The notes under the pieces: generated by a model
Database searches by the model: none
What the model was told of the DNA's origin: nothing
Seen by the model: only the letters and a program-made list of their open reading frames with translations
Position numbers and translations under genes: made by a program
Shown here: in pieces, positions 1 through 9,751 of the stretch
How the letters are laid out: every line of letters starts with the position of its first letter
Numbering within the stretch: position 1 is the first letter of the stretch
Assembly: GCA_026395295.1 (NCBI GenBank)
Contig: JAPLYZ010000007.1
Location: 66,518 to 130,517 of the forward strand
Reading direction: 5' to 3'
DNA length: 64,000 bases
Source of the DNA: Candidatus Staskawiczbacteria bacterium
GTDB taxonomy: Bacteria; Patescibacteriota; Minisyncoccia; Minisyncoccales; Staskawiczbacteraceae

Positions 1-10
1 ATGTTATTTT

Positions 11-1339
11 TTATTTTTTAATTTTTTCTTTGCCCGTCAAACGGGACATTTCTTCTACGACCTTGTCGAGTTTTATTTCCTTTTGGATTCCCGTGTCCAT
101 ATCCCGCAAAGTGATGAAATCTTCCAACGCTTCTTTCTGACCAAAAATTAAAACCCATTTTATATTTAATTTATTAGCTGTTCTCAGCTGGGTTTTCAAA
201 GAATCTTTTGAAAAAGATTCTGCTACAGGAATCTTAGCTGACCTGAATTCTTCAAACAACTTCATACTTTTTCTTTTAGCTAACTGGCCTAATTGAGCTA
301 AAAATATTTTTGGCGGGCCGGATACTGCGTCTTTGCTAAAAGAAGTTTTCATCTCCCTGCTTTTCATTAACGCGACTATTCTTTCGATGCCGGCTGCAGA
401 ACCGCATCCCGGGACATCTCTGCCTCCCAGCATTTTTGACAAATTGTCGTACCTTCCTCCACCAATTAAGGTGCCCACAGCTGTTTCCGGATCATCGGCC
501 GAGCCTTCGGGTTTTGTCTTATCAACAATTTCAAAAACTGTTTTCGTGTAATAATCCAAACCGCGAACCAAATAAGGATTCAAAGTATATGGTAATTCCA
601 ACTCGTCTAAGAATTCCAGAACTTCTTTAAAATGAGCGTGGCAAGCCTCGCAAAGATGATCAATTACCTGAGGCGCTCCGGCTTTCACTCTCTGGCATTT
701 TTCTTCCTTGCAGTCTAAAATTCTTAATGGGTTTTCTTTAAGTCTTCTCTGACAATCAGAACACAAAGATGAGCGTTTTGATTTCAAGTAGCCCATTAAA
801 ATTTTTCTGAAATATGGCCTGCATTCCGAGTCTCCGATGGAATTTACCTCAATGGTTAAATTTTTAAATCCCAACTCTTTCAAAACGTCGTAGCTCATTT
901 GGATTATCTGTCCATCTATAGAAGGAGATGAGTCGCCTATGGCTTCAAACCCAAACTGGTGGAATTGGCGGAATCGTCCTGCCTGAGGTCTCTCATACCT
1001 GAAGAACGGACCAGTATACCAAAGCTTTACAGGCTGAGGCAAATTGTGCATTCCGTGCTCTAAATAACTTCTCATCACGCCGGCTGTGCCTTCTGGTCTT
1101 AAAGAAACCATGTCGCCTCCTTTTGTCCTGAAAGTATACATTTCTTTGCCCACAATATCTGTGTCATCTCCAACCGCTTTTTGAAAAACTTCCGTGAACT
1201 CCAAAATCGGAGTTTCAATTTTCTCAAAACTATAATAATTGGAAACAGATTCAACTGTTTTTTGAATCTTTTTAAAATAGGCCTGCTCCTGCGGTAAAAC
1301 ATCGTGCATTCCGGTTAAGCTTTGATATTTAATTTTCAT
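11..1339 (-). CDS. hisS: histidyl-tRNA synthetase
   Basis: Class II aaRS motifs (MYTFRTKGGDMVSLRPEGTAGV, GPFFRYERPQAGRFRQFHQFGFE); 442 aa. Confidence 0.9.
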   Translation of the reverse strand: MKIKYQSLTGMHDVLPQEQAYFKKIQKTVESVSNYYSFEKIETPILEFTEVFQKAVGDDTDIVGKEMYTFRTKGGDMVSLRPEGTAGVMRSYLEHGMHNLPQPVKLWYTGPFFRYERPQAGRFRQFHQFGFEAIGDSSPSIDGQIIQMSYDVLKELGFKNLTIEVNSIGDSECRPYFRKILMGYLKSKRSSLCSDCQRRLKENPLRILDCKEEKCQRVKAGAPQVIDHLCEACHAHFKEVLEFLDELELPYTLNPYLVRGLDYYTKTVFEIVDKTKPEGSADDPETAVGTLIGGGRYDNLSKMLGGRDVPGCGSAAGIERIVALMKSREMKTSFSKDAVSGPPKIFLAQLGQLAKRKSMKLFEEFRSAKIPVAESFSKDSLKTQLRTANKLNIKWVLIFGQKEALEDFITLRDMDTGIQKEIKLDKVVEEMSRLTGKEKIKK

Positions 1340-1362
1340 AATTTTTAATTAAAAACTCCAAA

Positions 1363-2004
1363 TTAATATGTGGGGCGAGAAATTTCTGACAAAGAATTTA
1401 TTGGCAAAAGTCTCAATGACGCTTTGCCGATTATATTTTGTTTCATAACAACTCCCCACATTCTCGAATCATAGGAACCATTTCTGTTATCTCCTAAAAC
1501 AAAATACTGGTCTGATTTTAGGGTTACGCGCTCGGGCGACAGCGAAAGATTATAACCGTTTGACGAGCCATATGTTTTTAAGCTGTCGGGCAAATATTTT
1601 TCGCTCAAAATTGTTGTTTTACCGTCTTTGGTTATTTGAACCGCGCCATTAGTTATTTCAATTGTCTCTCCCGGCAGTCCAATAAGCCTTTTAACAAAAC
1701 GCTGACCGGCGTATCCTGGTATAAAACCTGCATTAAAAACAATAACATCTCCCCTTTGAGGCTCGGCAAATCTGTATGAAATTTCATCAATAATCAAGTA
1801 ATTCCCGTCTTGGAGGTTAGGCGTCATTGACTCTCCTTTAACAATAAATGGCTGAAAAAGAAAATACCTGATGGGCGCTACTATTATAAAAGCAATAATT
1901 GCTATCTTAGCAAACTCCCAGATAAACGGAATATATTTCTGGGTCATTTCTGTTTTAAAGCTCTTTTTCTCTTGATTTATTTCCTCCATAGCTTTTTTAT
2001 GCAT
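1363..2004 (-). CDS. lepB: signal peptidase I
   Basis: N-terminal TM segment, GESMTPNL catalytic Ser box, GDNRNGSYDSRMWG box. Confidence 0.85.
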   Translation of the reverse strand: MHKKAMEEINQEKKSFKTEMTQKYIPFIWEFAKIAIIAFIIVAPIRYFLFQPFIVKGESMTPNLQDGNYLIIDEISYRFAEPQRGDVIVFNAGFIPGYAGQRFVKRLIGLPGETIEITNGAVQITKDGKTTILSEKYLPDSLKTYGSSNGYNLSLSPERVTLKSDQYFVLGDNRNGSYDSRMWGVVMKQNIIGKASLRLLPINSLSEISRPTY

Positions 2005-2099
2005 TATGTAGTGTATTTTATCACATTTTCAGAGGATTGCAAGCCCCCTGCGCCGGGTTGATGTCAATGTTAAAAAGTGCTACAATACCAAAAACAAAT

Positions 2100-2681
2100 A
2101 TGATTATAATAATAGGGCTGGGCAATCCCGGCGAACAATATAAAAATACCCGGCACAATGTCGGGTTTAACGCGATCGATAAAATCGCCACGAATTTTAA
2201 ATTTCCAATTTTCAATTTCCAATCAATTTCCAATTCAGAAATTTCTCAAAGTGAAATCTTGGGCAAGAAAGTCATGCTGGTCAAGCCTCAAACATTTATG
2301 AATGAGTCGGGGAAATCTGTAAAAAAAATACTATCAAAAAATAAAGACCAAGTTTCAAATATAATAGTCATACATGATGACGTTGACTTGCCGGTAGGTA
2401 AAATAAAAATTGTAGAAGAAAGAGGTTCAGCCGGACACAAGGGAGTTGAATCAATAATACAAAACATTGGAAACGACGGCCTAATAAGATTTCGCATCGG
2501 CATCGAATCAAAACAGTCCCGTGGTTCGGACTACAGGACTGAAGCAAAAGATATTGTGCTAAAAAATTTCTCAAAAGAAGAACAAAAATTAGTGGCTGAA
2601 ACTATTCAAAAAACAGTTGACGCCCTCGGTTTCTTTGTTGAACAAGGACTAGAAAAAACTATGAATGAATACAATAAGTGA
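2100..2681 (+). CDS. pth: peptidyl-tRNA hydrolase
   Basis: Internal start MIIIIGLGNPGEQY...TRHNVGF matches the Pth N-terminus. The ORF track starts further upstream at 2037. Contains a low-complexity segment encoded by TTTCCAA repeats. Confidence 0.85.
   Translation: MIIIIGLGNPGEQYKNTRHNVGFNAIDKIATNFKFPIFNFQSISNSEISQSEILGKKVMLVKPQTFMNESGKSVKKILSKNKDQVSNIIVIHDDVDLPVGKIKIVEERGSAGHKGVESIIQNIGNDGLIRFRIGIESKQSRGSDYRTEAKDIVLKNFSKEEQKLVAETIQKTVDALGFFVEQGLEKTMNEYNK
2194..2236. repeat. TTTCCAA(T) heptamer repeats inside pth coding sequence, encoding NFKFPIFNFQSIS
   Basis: atttccaa recurs three times with 3-4 nt spacers, in the coding-strand orientation. Confidence 0.6.
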
Positions 2682-4635
2682 AATAAATCAGTTACTGATA
2701 ACCGGCATTACCCCTTATTTTTTAGATAAGGAGTTTTTTTGGTTTCAAGAACATCTCCAAGAGGTGTTAGACGCGAGACATTCTCAAAATTTTTTTGAGG
2801 ACAATATAATTTTTTTGGAAAAGGATCACAGTTTCCAATTTTCACAATTTTTGAGAAAACTTGATGAAATGGGGTATGAAAGAGTTTTTAAGGTTTCTGA
2901 CCCCGGCGAATTTTCCCAACGTGGAGGCATAATTGACGTTTTTCCCATAAATTTAGCTAATGCTGTGCGTTTAGATTTTTTAGGAAACGAGGTTGATGGC
3001 ATAAGTCTGCTACCTATAAAAATTGACGACGAAAAAAAGGCAAAGGAACTGTTAAAGAAAAAATTAAAATCGCAAAAAATATTCTCTGAATTAAAAGGAT
3101 TAAAACCGGGAGATTATCTTGTACATCTTGATCACGGAATTGGAAAATTTACAGGCATAGAAAAATTTCAAACCGCAATTTCTGTGTTTCAGGAGTACTA
3201 TGTTCTAGAATACGCGCAAGAAGACAAGCTTTATGTGCCAGTTGGCTTAGAAAGAAAATTATCGAGGTACGTGGGGTTCCATGACCCAAAAATTTCGAGG
3301 CTGGGGTCTTCTCTGTGGCAAAAAACAAAACGAAAGATAAAAGAAGATGTTGAAAAATTAGCCAAAGAACTCTTGCAACTGTATGCGCAAAAAGAGATTA
3401 CAGAAAGAGCCCCTTATATAGAAGACAAGGAGCTTGAATCGCAACTTAAGTCCGGATTTATATTTCAAGAAACTCCCGACCAAACTCAAACGATAGAAGA
3501 TATTAAAGACGATTTACAGAAAACAAAACCAATGGACAGAATTGTTTGCGGAGATGTTGGATTTGGCAAAACAGAAGTGGCATTGAGAACGGCTCTGCTG
3601 GCTTGCGCCAACAACAGGCAAACAGCCCTAATATGCCCAACCACAATTCTGGCAAATCAGCACTTTAACTCTTTCAAAAAAAGGTTTGAGAAATTACCGG
3701 TCAGGGTTGCCTTGCTTTCAGGACTCCAGACAGCTTCAGAACAAACGAAGATTATAAAAGATTTGAAAGACGGTAAAGTAGACATTTTAATCGGCACCCA
3801 TCGACTTTTGTCAAAAGACGTGGATTTTAAAAACTTGCAACTTTTGATAATTGATGACGAGCAGAAATTCGGCGTTAAACAAAAAGAAAAACTAAGGCAA
3901 ATGAAAACAAGCTTAGACGTCTTGAGCCTGTCGGCCACCCCAATTCCCCGAACAATTTATTTAGCTCTTTCTTCTTTTAAAAACATAAGCCTAATGCAAA
4001 CTCCGCCAATTGGCAGACAGACTATAAAAACAGAAGTTTTGCCGTACAGTGAAAAAGCAATAAAAAAAATAATTGGCGCAGAGCTGAAAAGAAAGGGCCA
4101 GGTTTATTTTTTGCACAACAGGGTCCAAACTATTGAGGCGAAAGCAAAAGAGTTGGAAAAACTCTGCCCTAAATCGAAAATCAGTTTTATACACGGAGGA
4201 ATGCCAGAAAAAAAATTGATAAAAATAATGGACGAATTTCAAAAAGAAAAAACAAACGTGCTGGTTGCCACAACAATTATTGAGAACGGATTGGATCTGC
4301 CAAACGTAAATACAATTATAGTGGAAGACGCCACGCGACTTGGACTTTCTCAGGCGCACCAGATACGAGGCAGAGTTGGCAGGTCTGGAACGAAAAGTTT
4401 TGCTTACTTTATGTTCAGCGAAAAATCGCTGACGCCTTTGGCGAAAGAAAGGTTGAAGGCCCTGGAAGACGCGCAGGAATTGGGAGCCGGGTACAGAATC
4501 GCGATCAGAGACATGGAATTGAGGGGCGCCGGGAATATTTTAGGCAAAGAGCAATCAGGCGCCATAAACAGAATTGGCTTAAATTTATACAGCCAGATGA
4601 TATCAGAAGCAGTGGAGAAATTTAAGGTCTCCTGA
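2665..4635 (+). CDS. mfd: transcription-repair coupling factor, N-terminally short form
   Basis: Helicase motifs GDVGFGKTEVA, DEQKFGV, SATPIPRT and a C-terminal Mfd TRCF-like segment. Only about 290 aa precede motif I, so the UvrB-homology region appears absent. Confidence 0.8.
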   Translation: MNTISEINQLLITGITPYFLDKEFFWFQEHLQEVLDARHSQNFFEDNIIFLEKDHSFQFSQFLRKLDEMGYERVFKVSDPGEFSQRGGIIDVFPINLANAVRLDFLGNEVDGISLLPIKIDDEKKAKELLKKKLKSQKIFSELKGLKPGDYLVHLDHGIGKFTGIEKFQTAISVFQEYYVLEYAQEDKLYVPVGLERKLSRYVGFHDPKISRLGSSLWQKTKRKIKEDVEKLAKELLQLYAQKEITERAPYIEDKELESQLKSGFIFQETPDQTQTIEDIKDDLQKTKPMDRIVCGDVGFGKTEVALRTALLACANNRQTALICPTTILANQHFNSFKKRFEKLPVRVALLSGLQTASEQTKIIKDLKDGKVDILIGTHRLLSKDVDFKNLQLLIIDDEQKFGVKQKEKLRQMKTSLDVLSLSATPIPRTIYLALSSFKNISLMQTPPIGRQTIKTEVLPYSEKAIKKIIGAELKRKGQVYFLHNRVQTIEAKAKELEKLCPKSKISFIHGGMPEKKLIKIMDEFQKEKTNVLVATTIIENGLDLPNVNTIIVEDATRLGLSQAHQIRGRVGRSGTKSFAYFMFSEKSLTPLAKERLKALEDAQELGAGYRIAIRDMELRGAGNILGKEQSGAINRIGLNLYSQMISEAVEKFKVS

Positions 4636-4676
4636 AATTTTATGCTATTATAAATAAGTATTAACAAAAAAAACAC

Positions 4677-6725
4677 ATGAAAAGCTTAGTTATAGTTGAG
4701 AGCCCGACAAAGGCGAAGACAATTCAAAAATTTTTGGGAAGCGACTTTATTATCAAGTCGTCTTTTGGACATGTCAGAGATTTGCCCAAAAGAGAGCTTG
4801 GCGTTGATGTTGAAAACGGATTTCAACCAAAATATGTTATACCGACAAAGGCAAAAAAAGTTGTTGCTGAACTGAAAAAAGAATCAGCCAAGGCAGACAC
4901 CACCATACTGGCGACCGACGAAGACCGCGAGGGTGAATCAATTGCCTGGCACTTGCAAGAGGCCCTAAAATTAAAAGATCCTCAAAGGATTGTGTTTCAT
5001 GAAATTACCAAACCTGCAATAGAAAAAGCTCTTGAGAAGCCGAGGCATATTGATATGAATTTGGTCGATGCGCAACAGGCAAGACGCATTTTAGACAGAA
5101 TTGTGGGATACAAGATTTCGCCATTTCTATGGAAAAAAGTTGCCAAAGGTCTCTCGGCCGGTAGAGTACAATCAGTTGCCGTAAGATTAGTTGTAGAAAG
5201 AGAAAGAGAAATTGAAAAATTTGTCCCGACAGAATACTGGTCAATTGAAGCATTGCTAAAAAAGTTGGACAAAAAATTTAACGCCCTGTTGATAAAAAAA
5301 GACGATAAACCTGTTGAAAAGCTGGAAATTAAGAATAAAAATGAAGCAGATAAAATTTTACAAGATTTGAACAGCGCCGATTATATTGTTGAGTCTGTAG
5401 AAAAAAAGGAAACAAAAAGGTATCCTGCTCCCCCGTTCACCACAAGCACTTTGCAACAAGCGTCTTGGCAAAGATTTAAATTTTCGGCAAAAATGACAAT
5501 GTCCTTAGCTCAAAGGCTCTACGAAGAAGGAAACATTACCTATCACAGAACCGATTCATTGAATCTTTCTGAGATGTCTCTGGGTGAAGCCCAAAATTTC
5601 ATCACCGAAAAATATGGTCAAAATTATTGGGCAGGAAAAATAGTAAAATATAAAACCAAAGATAAGGGAGCCCAAGAAGCCCATGAAGCAATCAGACCGG
5701 CTTATGCCGACAAAACTCCCGAATCGCTAAAAGGCTTGGATGCCAGACAATTAAAGCTCTACACTTTAATTTGGCAAAGATTTATCGCCTGCCAAATGGC
5801 TCCTGCTATTTTCGATTCTGTTTTAACGGATATAAAAGCCCGTTCGACAAGCTCAGGACAAGCCGAAAGCTACACTTTCAGGGCCAACGGACAAACAGTG
5901 AAGTTTGATGGATTCTTGAAGGTTTACCCAACGAAAACCGAGGAAACAGAATTGCCCGACTTGGAAAAAAATGACAAATTAGATCTTTTGAAATTAAATT
6001 CTGTCCAGCATTTCACAGAACCGCCGGCAAGATACACGGAAGCCAGTTTGGTGAAAATTCTAGAGAAACACGGCATAGGCAGACCATCAACCTATGCGCC
6101 AATCATTTCCACCATACAAGACAGAAATTATGTCAGTAAAAACGACCAAAAAAGATTCTTTCCAAGCGAAATGGGAATAATAGTCAACGATGTTTTGGTA
6201 AAAAACTTCCCGGAAATTGTTGATGTTGATTTTACGGCAAAAATGGAAAAGGAGCTAGACGAAGTGGCTGACGGCAAAGACACATGGGAAAAAACTTGCA
6301 AAGATTTTTATAAACCATTCGCCAAAAATTTAGAGGAAAAATATAAAGAAGTGGTAAAATCCGATTTGATAAAAAAGACAGACAAGGTTTGCCCTAAGTG
6401 CGGAGCTCCCTTAATTGAACGGCTTGGGAGATTTGGCAGATTCTACGCCTGTTCAAAATTTCCGGAGTGCAAACACACAGAATCAGTTGAAGGAGACCCC
6501 GATACTTTGAATATAACCTGCCCAAAATGCAAAGAAGGAAAAATAACCGGAAAAAGGACCAGAAAGGGAAAAACATTTTATGGATGCGACCGTTTTCCAA
6601 AGTGCGACTTTGCTTTGTGGGATAAACCCATAAACGAATTTTGTCCGAAATGCGACTCTTTATTGATACAGAAAAGCAAAAACAAAATAAAGTGCTCAAA
6701 TAAAGAGTGCGATTATGTCAAATGA
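4677..6725 (+). CDS. topA: DNA topoisomerase I
   Basis: Toprim N-terminus MKSLVIVESPTKAKTI, catalytic core, C-terminal Cys4 zinc ribbons. Confidence 0.9.
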   Translation: MKSLVIVESPTKAKTIQKFLGSDFIIKSSFGHVRDLPKRELGVDVENGFQPKYVIPTKAKKVVAELKKESAKADTTILATDEDREGESIAWHLQEALKLKDPQRIVFHEITKPAIEKALEKPRHIDMNLVDAQQARRILDRIVGYKISPFLWKKVAKGLSAGRVQSVAVRLVVEREREIEKFVPTEYWSIEALLKKLDKKFNALLIKKDDKPVEKLEIKNKNEADKILQDLNSADYIVESVEKKETKRYPAPPFTTSTLQQASWQRFKFSAKMTMSLAQRLYEEGNITYHRTDSLNLSEMSLGEAQNFITEKYGQNYWAGKIVKYKTKDKGAQEAHEAIRPAYADKTPESLKGLDARQLKLYTLIWQRFIACQMAPAIFDSVLTDIKARSTSSGQAESYTFRANGQTVKFDGFLKVYPTKTEETELPDLEKNDKLDLLKLNSVQHFTEPPARYTEASLVKILEKHGIGRPSTYAPIISTIQDRNYVSKNDQKRFFPSEMGIIVNDVLVKNFPEIVDVDFTAKMEKELDEVADGKDTWEKTCKDFYKPFAKNLEEKYKEVVKSDLIKKTDKVCPKCGAPLIERLGRFGRFYACSKFPECKHTESVEGDPDTLNITCPKCKEGKITGKRTRKGKTFYGCDRFPKCDFALWDKPINEFCPKCDSLLIQKSKNKIKCSNKECDYVK

Positions 6726-8493
6726 TTTAGAAAAAATATTAAAGCAACTGACCGATAAAGCCCACCCCGTCATACGACGGGGTGCCCCATCGAATGATGG
6801 GGCAAAATTGATTTCTACGGCTTTTGAATTCGCGACACAAGCGTATAAAGAAAAAAATAGGCTGTCCGGAGAAAATTATATTTTTCATGCCGCAAGAGTC
6901 GCCTTGATGCTCGATAAAATGAACCTTGACTCAACGACAATTGCTTTTGGAATACTCCACGACGTTTTAGACGATACTCCTACCTCTGCCAAAAAAATAG
7001 AAATAAAAGAGATTGAAAAAAAGTTCGGGAAAGAAATGGGCCACTTGGTTGAGAAAACCTCAGAGTTAAGCAGGGTGAGATATTCTCTCATAATTGGAAT
7101 GAAAGACAAAAAGGCTTTTACAAAAGAGAAAGCTGAAAATCTGAGGAGAATGTTTCTTGCAATATCTGGAGACCTGAGAGTTGTCCTAATAGAGCTTTTA
7201 TCAAGATTAGACGGGCTAAACTTGTTGCACTATCTGCCGGAAGATAAACAAAAATTATTCTCTCTTGAAACTTTACAAATTTTCGTGCCGGTGGCTAACA
7301 GACTTGGCTTGTCTGAGATAAGAAGGAAGCTTGAAGACTTAGCCTTTTCTCATCTGTTCCCGGATAGGTTCAAGTGGCTGAAAGAAAACATCAAGAGCCA
7401 GTATGAAGAACGAGAAAAATATTTGAAGAAATTTATTCCTCGGCTAAAAAAAATATTGAGAAAAGAGGGGGTAAAAATTCTCGACATAAATTACCGTGCA
7501 AAATCTTATTGGAGCGCCTATCAGAAATTAATGAAACACCAGATGAACTTTGACGAAGTCCACGACTTGCTTGCGCTAAGAATAATTACGGCCGATGTTG
7601 AGAGTTGCTACAGGGTGCTAGGCATAATACATAAGCATTTTAAACCTATATCCGAAGAAATAAACGACTACATAGCGAAACCAAAGCCCAATGGTTACCG
7701 ATCGCTGCATACAACAATTTTCTCCAATGAAAACAAGATAACTGAGATTCAGATAAGAACAGATGAAATGCACAAAGAGGCAGAGTATGGTGTTTGCGCC
7801 CACTGGTCTTACAAAGAAAAAATAGACCTCAAAAAAGAAGGAAAAAACTTTGAGTGGGTGGAATCTGTTCCGGAGTTTTGGAAAACCTTTAAAATAGACT
7901 TTTTCGCGAATCAAGTTTTTACTTTTACCCCAAGAGGAGACATTGTTGTACTTCCCAAAAATTCAACTCCAATTGATTTTGCTTATGCGGTTCATTCAGA
8001 GATTGGAAATCATTGCGAATCCGCAAAAATAGACGGAAAAATTGTCCAGCTCGATAGCATCTTAAAAAACGGAGATGTGGTGGAAATATCCATTAATAAA
8101 AATAAAATCCCGTCAAAAGATTGGATGCGGTTTGTCAGAACATCTCTTGCGAAATCACATATAAAAAAGATAACAGGAGAAGACAAACCCGGCTTCAGGT
8201 TCCCATTACCGGAATTCATAAGAAAAAGAATCACAGAATTTTCCGAAGCCTCCAAAAAAAGACAGCAGGAGAGACAAAAAGCCAAAGAAGGAACTCCAAA
8301 ACAAATATATTTGGCAGGGCAAAAAGGAATGCTGACCCACATTGCCAAATGTTGCAATCCCCAGCCCGGCGACAAGGTTAGCGGGTATCTAGCCCAAAAC
8401 AGATCCGCTGTTTTGCACAAAACATCCTGCGACAATTTCAAAAAAATAGCTGAAAAATTCCCGGGGAAAATTGTCGACGCTTCATGGCAATAG
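6715..8493 (+). CDS. rel: bifunctional (p)ppGpp synthetase/hydrolase Rel/SpoT
   Basis: HD hydrolase domain (HAARVA...HDVLDDT), RelA/SpoT synthetase domain (YRSLHTT), TGS domain. The N-terminus carries an in-frame double-hairpin repeat. Confidence 0.85.
   Translation: MSNDLEKILKQLTDKAHPVIRRGAPSNDGAKLISTAFEFATQAYKEKNRLSGENYIFHAARVALMLDKMNLDSTTIAFGILHDVLDDTPTSAKKIEIKEIEKKFGKEMGHLVEKTSELSRVRYSLIIGMKDKKAFTKEKAENLRRMFLAISGDLRVVLIELLSRLDGLNLLHYLPEDKQKLFSLETLQIFVPVANRLGLSEIRRKLEDLAFSHLFPDRFKWLKENIKSQYEEREKYLKKFIPRLKKILRKEGVKILDINYRAKSYWSAYQKLMKHQMNFDEVHDLLALRIITADVESCYRVLGIIHKHFKPISEEINDYIAKPKPNGYRSLHTTIFSNENKITEIQIRTDEMHKEAEYGVCAHWSYKEKIDLKKEGKNFEWVESVPEFWKTFKIDFFANQVFTFTPRGDIVVLPKNSTPIDFAYAVHSEIGNHCESAKIDGKIVQLDSILKNGDVVEISINKNKIPSKDWMRFVRTSLAKSHIKKITGEDKPGFRFPLPEFIRKRITEFSEASKKRQQERQKAKEGTPKQIYLAGQKGMLTHIAKCCNPQPGDKVSGYLAQNRSAVLHKTSCDNFKKIAEKFPGKIVDASWQ
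6765..6803. repeat. double-hairpin repeat element (copy A) inside rel coding sequence
   Basis: CCCCGTCATACGACGGGG + GCCCCATCGAATGATGGGGC. A related copy lies at 54045-54086 with compensatory stem changes. Confidence 0.6.
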
Positions 8494-8503
8494 GCTCGGG
8501 TAA

Positions 8504-8532
8504 TTGAAAACTGGCGAAAAACATGATAGATT
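8504..8532 (+). promoter_or_regulatory. sigma70-like promoter upstream of tRNA-Leu 5' fragment / GIY-YIG / tRNA-Leu unit
   Basis: TTGAAA -N17- TAGATT, about 9 nt before the G that starts the tRNA-like sequence at 8542. Confidence 0.35.
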
Positions 8533-8541
8533 ATAAGCAAT

Positions 8542-8605
8542 GCCGAGGTGGCGGAATTAGCAGACGCACGGGACCTGCCTGCCGGCAGGCAGGCTCAAAA
8601 TCCCG
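8542..8605 (+). other. partial duplicate of tRNA-Leu 5' half (acceptor, D-arm, anticodon stem/loop) with a 20-nt palindromic hairpin inserted in the anticodon loop
   Basis: 8542-8574 is identical to 8851-8883. A 20-nt CTGCCTGCCGGCAGGCAGGC insertion sits between loop positions 32 and 33, followed by TCAAAATCCCG. The T-arm and acceptor 3' strand are missing. Confidence 0.6.
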
Positions 8606-8613
8606 ATACGCAT

Positions 8614-8850
8614 ATGTACTATGTCTATATAATAAAAAGTGAAAAAAGGAATTATAATTACGTTGGAATTACCAACAATCCCGAGCGACGGATAAAAGAA
8701 CATAATCGAGGATATAATAGAATAACTAAGCCCTATAAACCTTTTAAAATAATATTAATTGAGAAACATTTTGATAGAACCGAAGCCAGAAAAAGAGAAA
8801 AATTTCTAAAATCTGGATATGGCAAAGAATACGTTAAAGGCATCCAATAA
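8614..8850 (+). CDS. GIY-YIG nuclease family protein (UPF0213/YhbQ-like)
   Basis: YYVYIIKSEKRNYNYVGITNNPERRIKEHN...KPFKII, a GIY-YIG motif; 78 aa from the internal ATG. The ORF-track start at 8548 lies inside the tRNA fragment. Confidence 0.8.
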   Translation: MYYVYIIKSEKRNYNYVGITNNPERRIKEHNRGYNRITKPYKPFKIILIEKHFDRTEARKREKFLKSGYGKEYVKGIQ

Positions 8851-8934
8851 GCCGAGGTGGCGGAATTAGCAGACGCACGGGACTCAAAATCCCGCGACAG
8901 CAATGTCATGAGGGTGCAACTCCCTCCCCCGGCA
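8851..8934 (+). tRNA. tRNA-Leu (anticodon CAA), type II with long variable arm
   Basis: Cloverleaf folded by hand: acceptor GCCGAGG/CCCCGGC (one A-C mismatch), anticodon loop CTCAAAA, long variable arm. The T-loop TGCAACT is non-canonical with G at position 55. Discriminator A; CCA not encoded. Confidence 0.75.
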
Positions 8935-8936
8935 CA

Positions 8937-8976
8937 ATCAAAAAGCGAGTCATCACCATTTGACCCGCTTTTTATT
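8937..8976. terminator. hairpin + T-run between tRNA-Leu and the convergent MBL-fold gene (bidirectional terminator candidate)
   Basis: AGCGAGTCA..TGACCCGCT stem followed by TTTTTATTT. Confidence 0.4.
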
Positions 8977-8983
8977 TGATTCA

Positions 8984-9751
8984 TTAAGCAGTATATTCTT
9001 CTAAAGGGTTGGGCAGGATTATTTTTAATCCGGTTGAAGGGATTGCTTCTTTTACTTTTTTCCTTGTTTCGTCATTGAACGCTCTTTTGAAGTGAGCCAA
9101 CGCCAAACATTTTACATTCTGCCTTTTTGCCATTTCAAATACATCAACAGCCGCAACGTGCCCCTTAATTCTTTGGTCAAACATATAGCATTCGTGCATT
9201 AAAATATCAGCATTTTTATAAATCTTCTCGGTCCCCTCATCAAATGGTCCGTCCCCGCTGTAACAAACAACCTTATTGCCGCCCGCCTTGCCACGAGGCA
9301 GGTCATCAATCCTGATGGCAAGATTGTAGGCTGTATGACCGGTCTTGGCAAAAGATAATTTTAAATCGTTAAACTGAATTTCCTTACCATCCTCTGCCAT
9401 TATAAAATTTATTTTAAAACCATAGCTATCTATGCCAAAGTAAGCGTGCTGGCATAATCTTTCAATGTCTGCCTTAACCTGCTCAGAACAAATTATTGCC
9501 AGATCTTTTTTTCTTTCTTCCTCAAGCATACGACCCAAAAGAGCCGGAATTCCAAACAAATGGTCAGAGTGCCTGTGGGTAATATACAAAGCGTCAACCA
9601 AAGAATGATCCTGCGTATATTTCCACAGCTGCCGGACGGCAGAATCTCCGCAATCAAGCATTAACGCGGTGTTTTCTGATAAGACTAAGTGCGAATGATT
9701 GGGGTACCTTTCGTCAAAAGCCTCCCCTGTTCCTAAAAAAATTACTTTCAT
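8984..9751 (-). CDS. MBL-fold metallo-hydrolase
   Basis: HRHSDHLFG metal-binding motif; beta-lactamase fold signature. Confidence 0.7.
   Translation of the reverse strand: MKVIFLGTGEAFDERYPNHSHLVLSENTALMLDCGDSAVRQLWKYTQDHSLVDALYITHRHSDHLFGIPALLGRMLEEERKKDLAIICSEQVKADIERLCQHAYFGIDSYGFKINFIMAEDGKEIQFNDLKLSFAKTGHTAYNLAIRIDDLPRGKAGGNKVVCYSGDGPFDEGTEKIYKNADILMHECYMFDQRIKGHVAAVDVFEMAKRQNVKCLALAHFKRAFNDETRKKVKEAIPSTGLKIILPNPLEEYTA

Noticed and set aside
2021-2574. Antisense ORFs overlapping pth (2021-2233, 2288-2503, 2368-2574) and similar antisense ORFs inside other long genes
   Set aside because: They lie wholly within well-supported conserved genes on the opposite strand and have low-complexity translations, so they are treated as frame shadows.
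8548-8613. Upstream extension of the GIY-YIG ORF (MAELADARDLPAGRQAQNPDTH...) given in the ORF track
   Set aside because: These codons are the tRNA-Leu 5' fragment and its hairpin insertion read as protein. The conserved GIY-YIG domain begins at the internal ATG at 8614.
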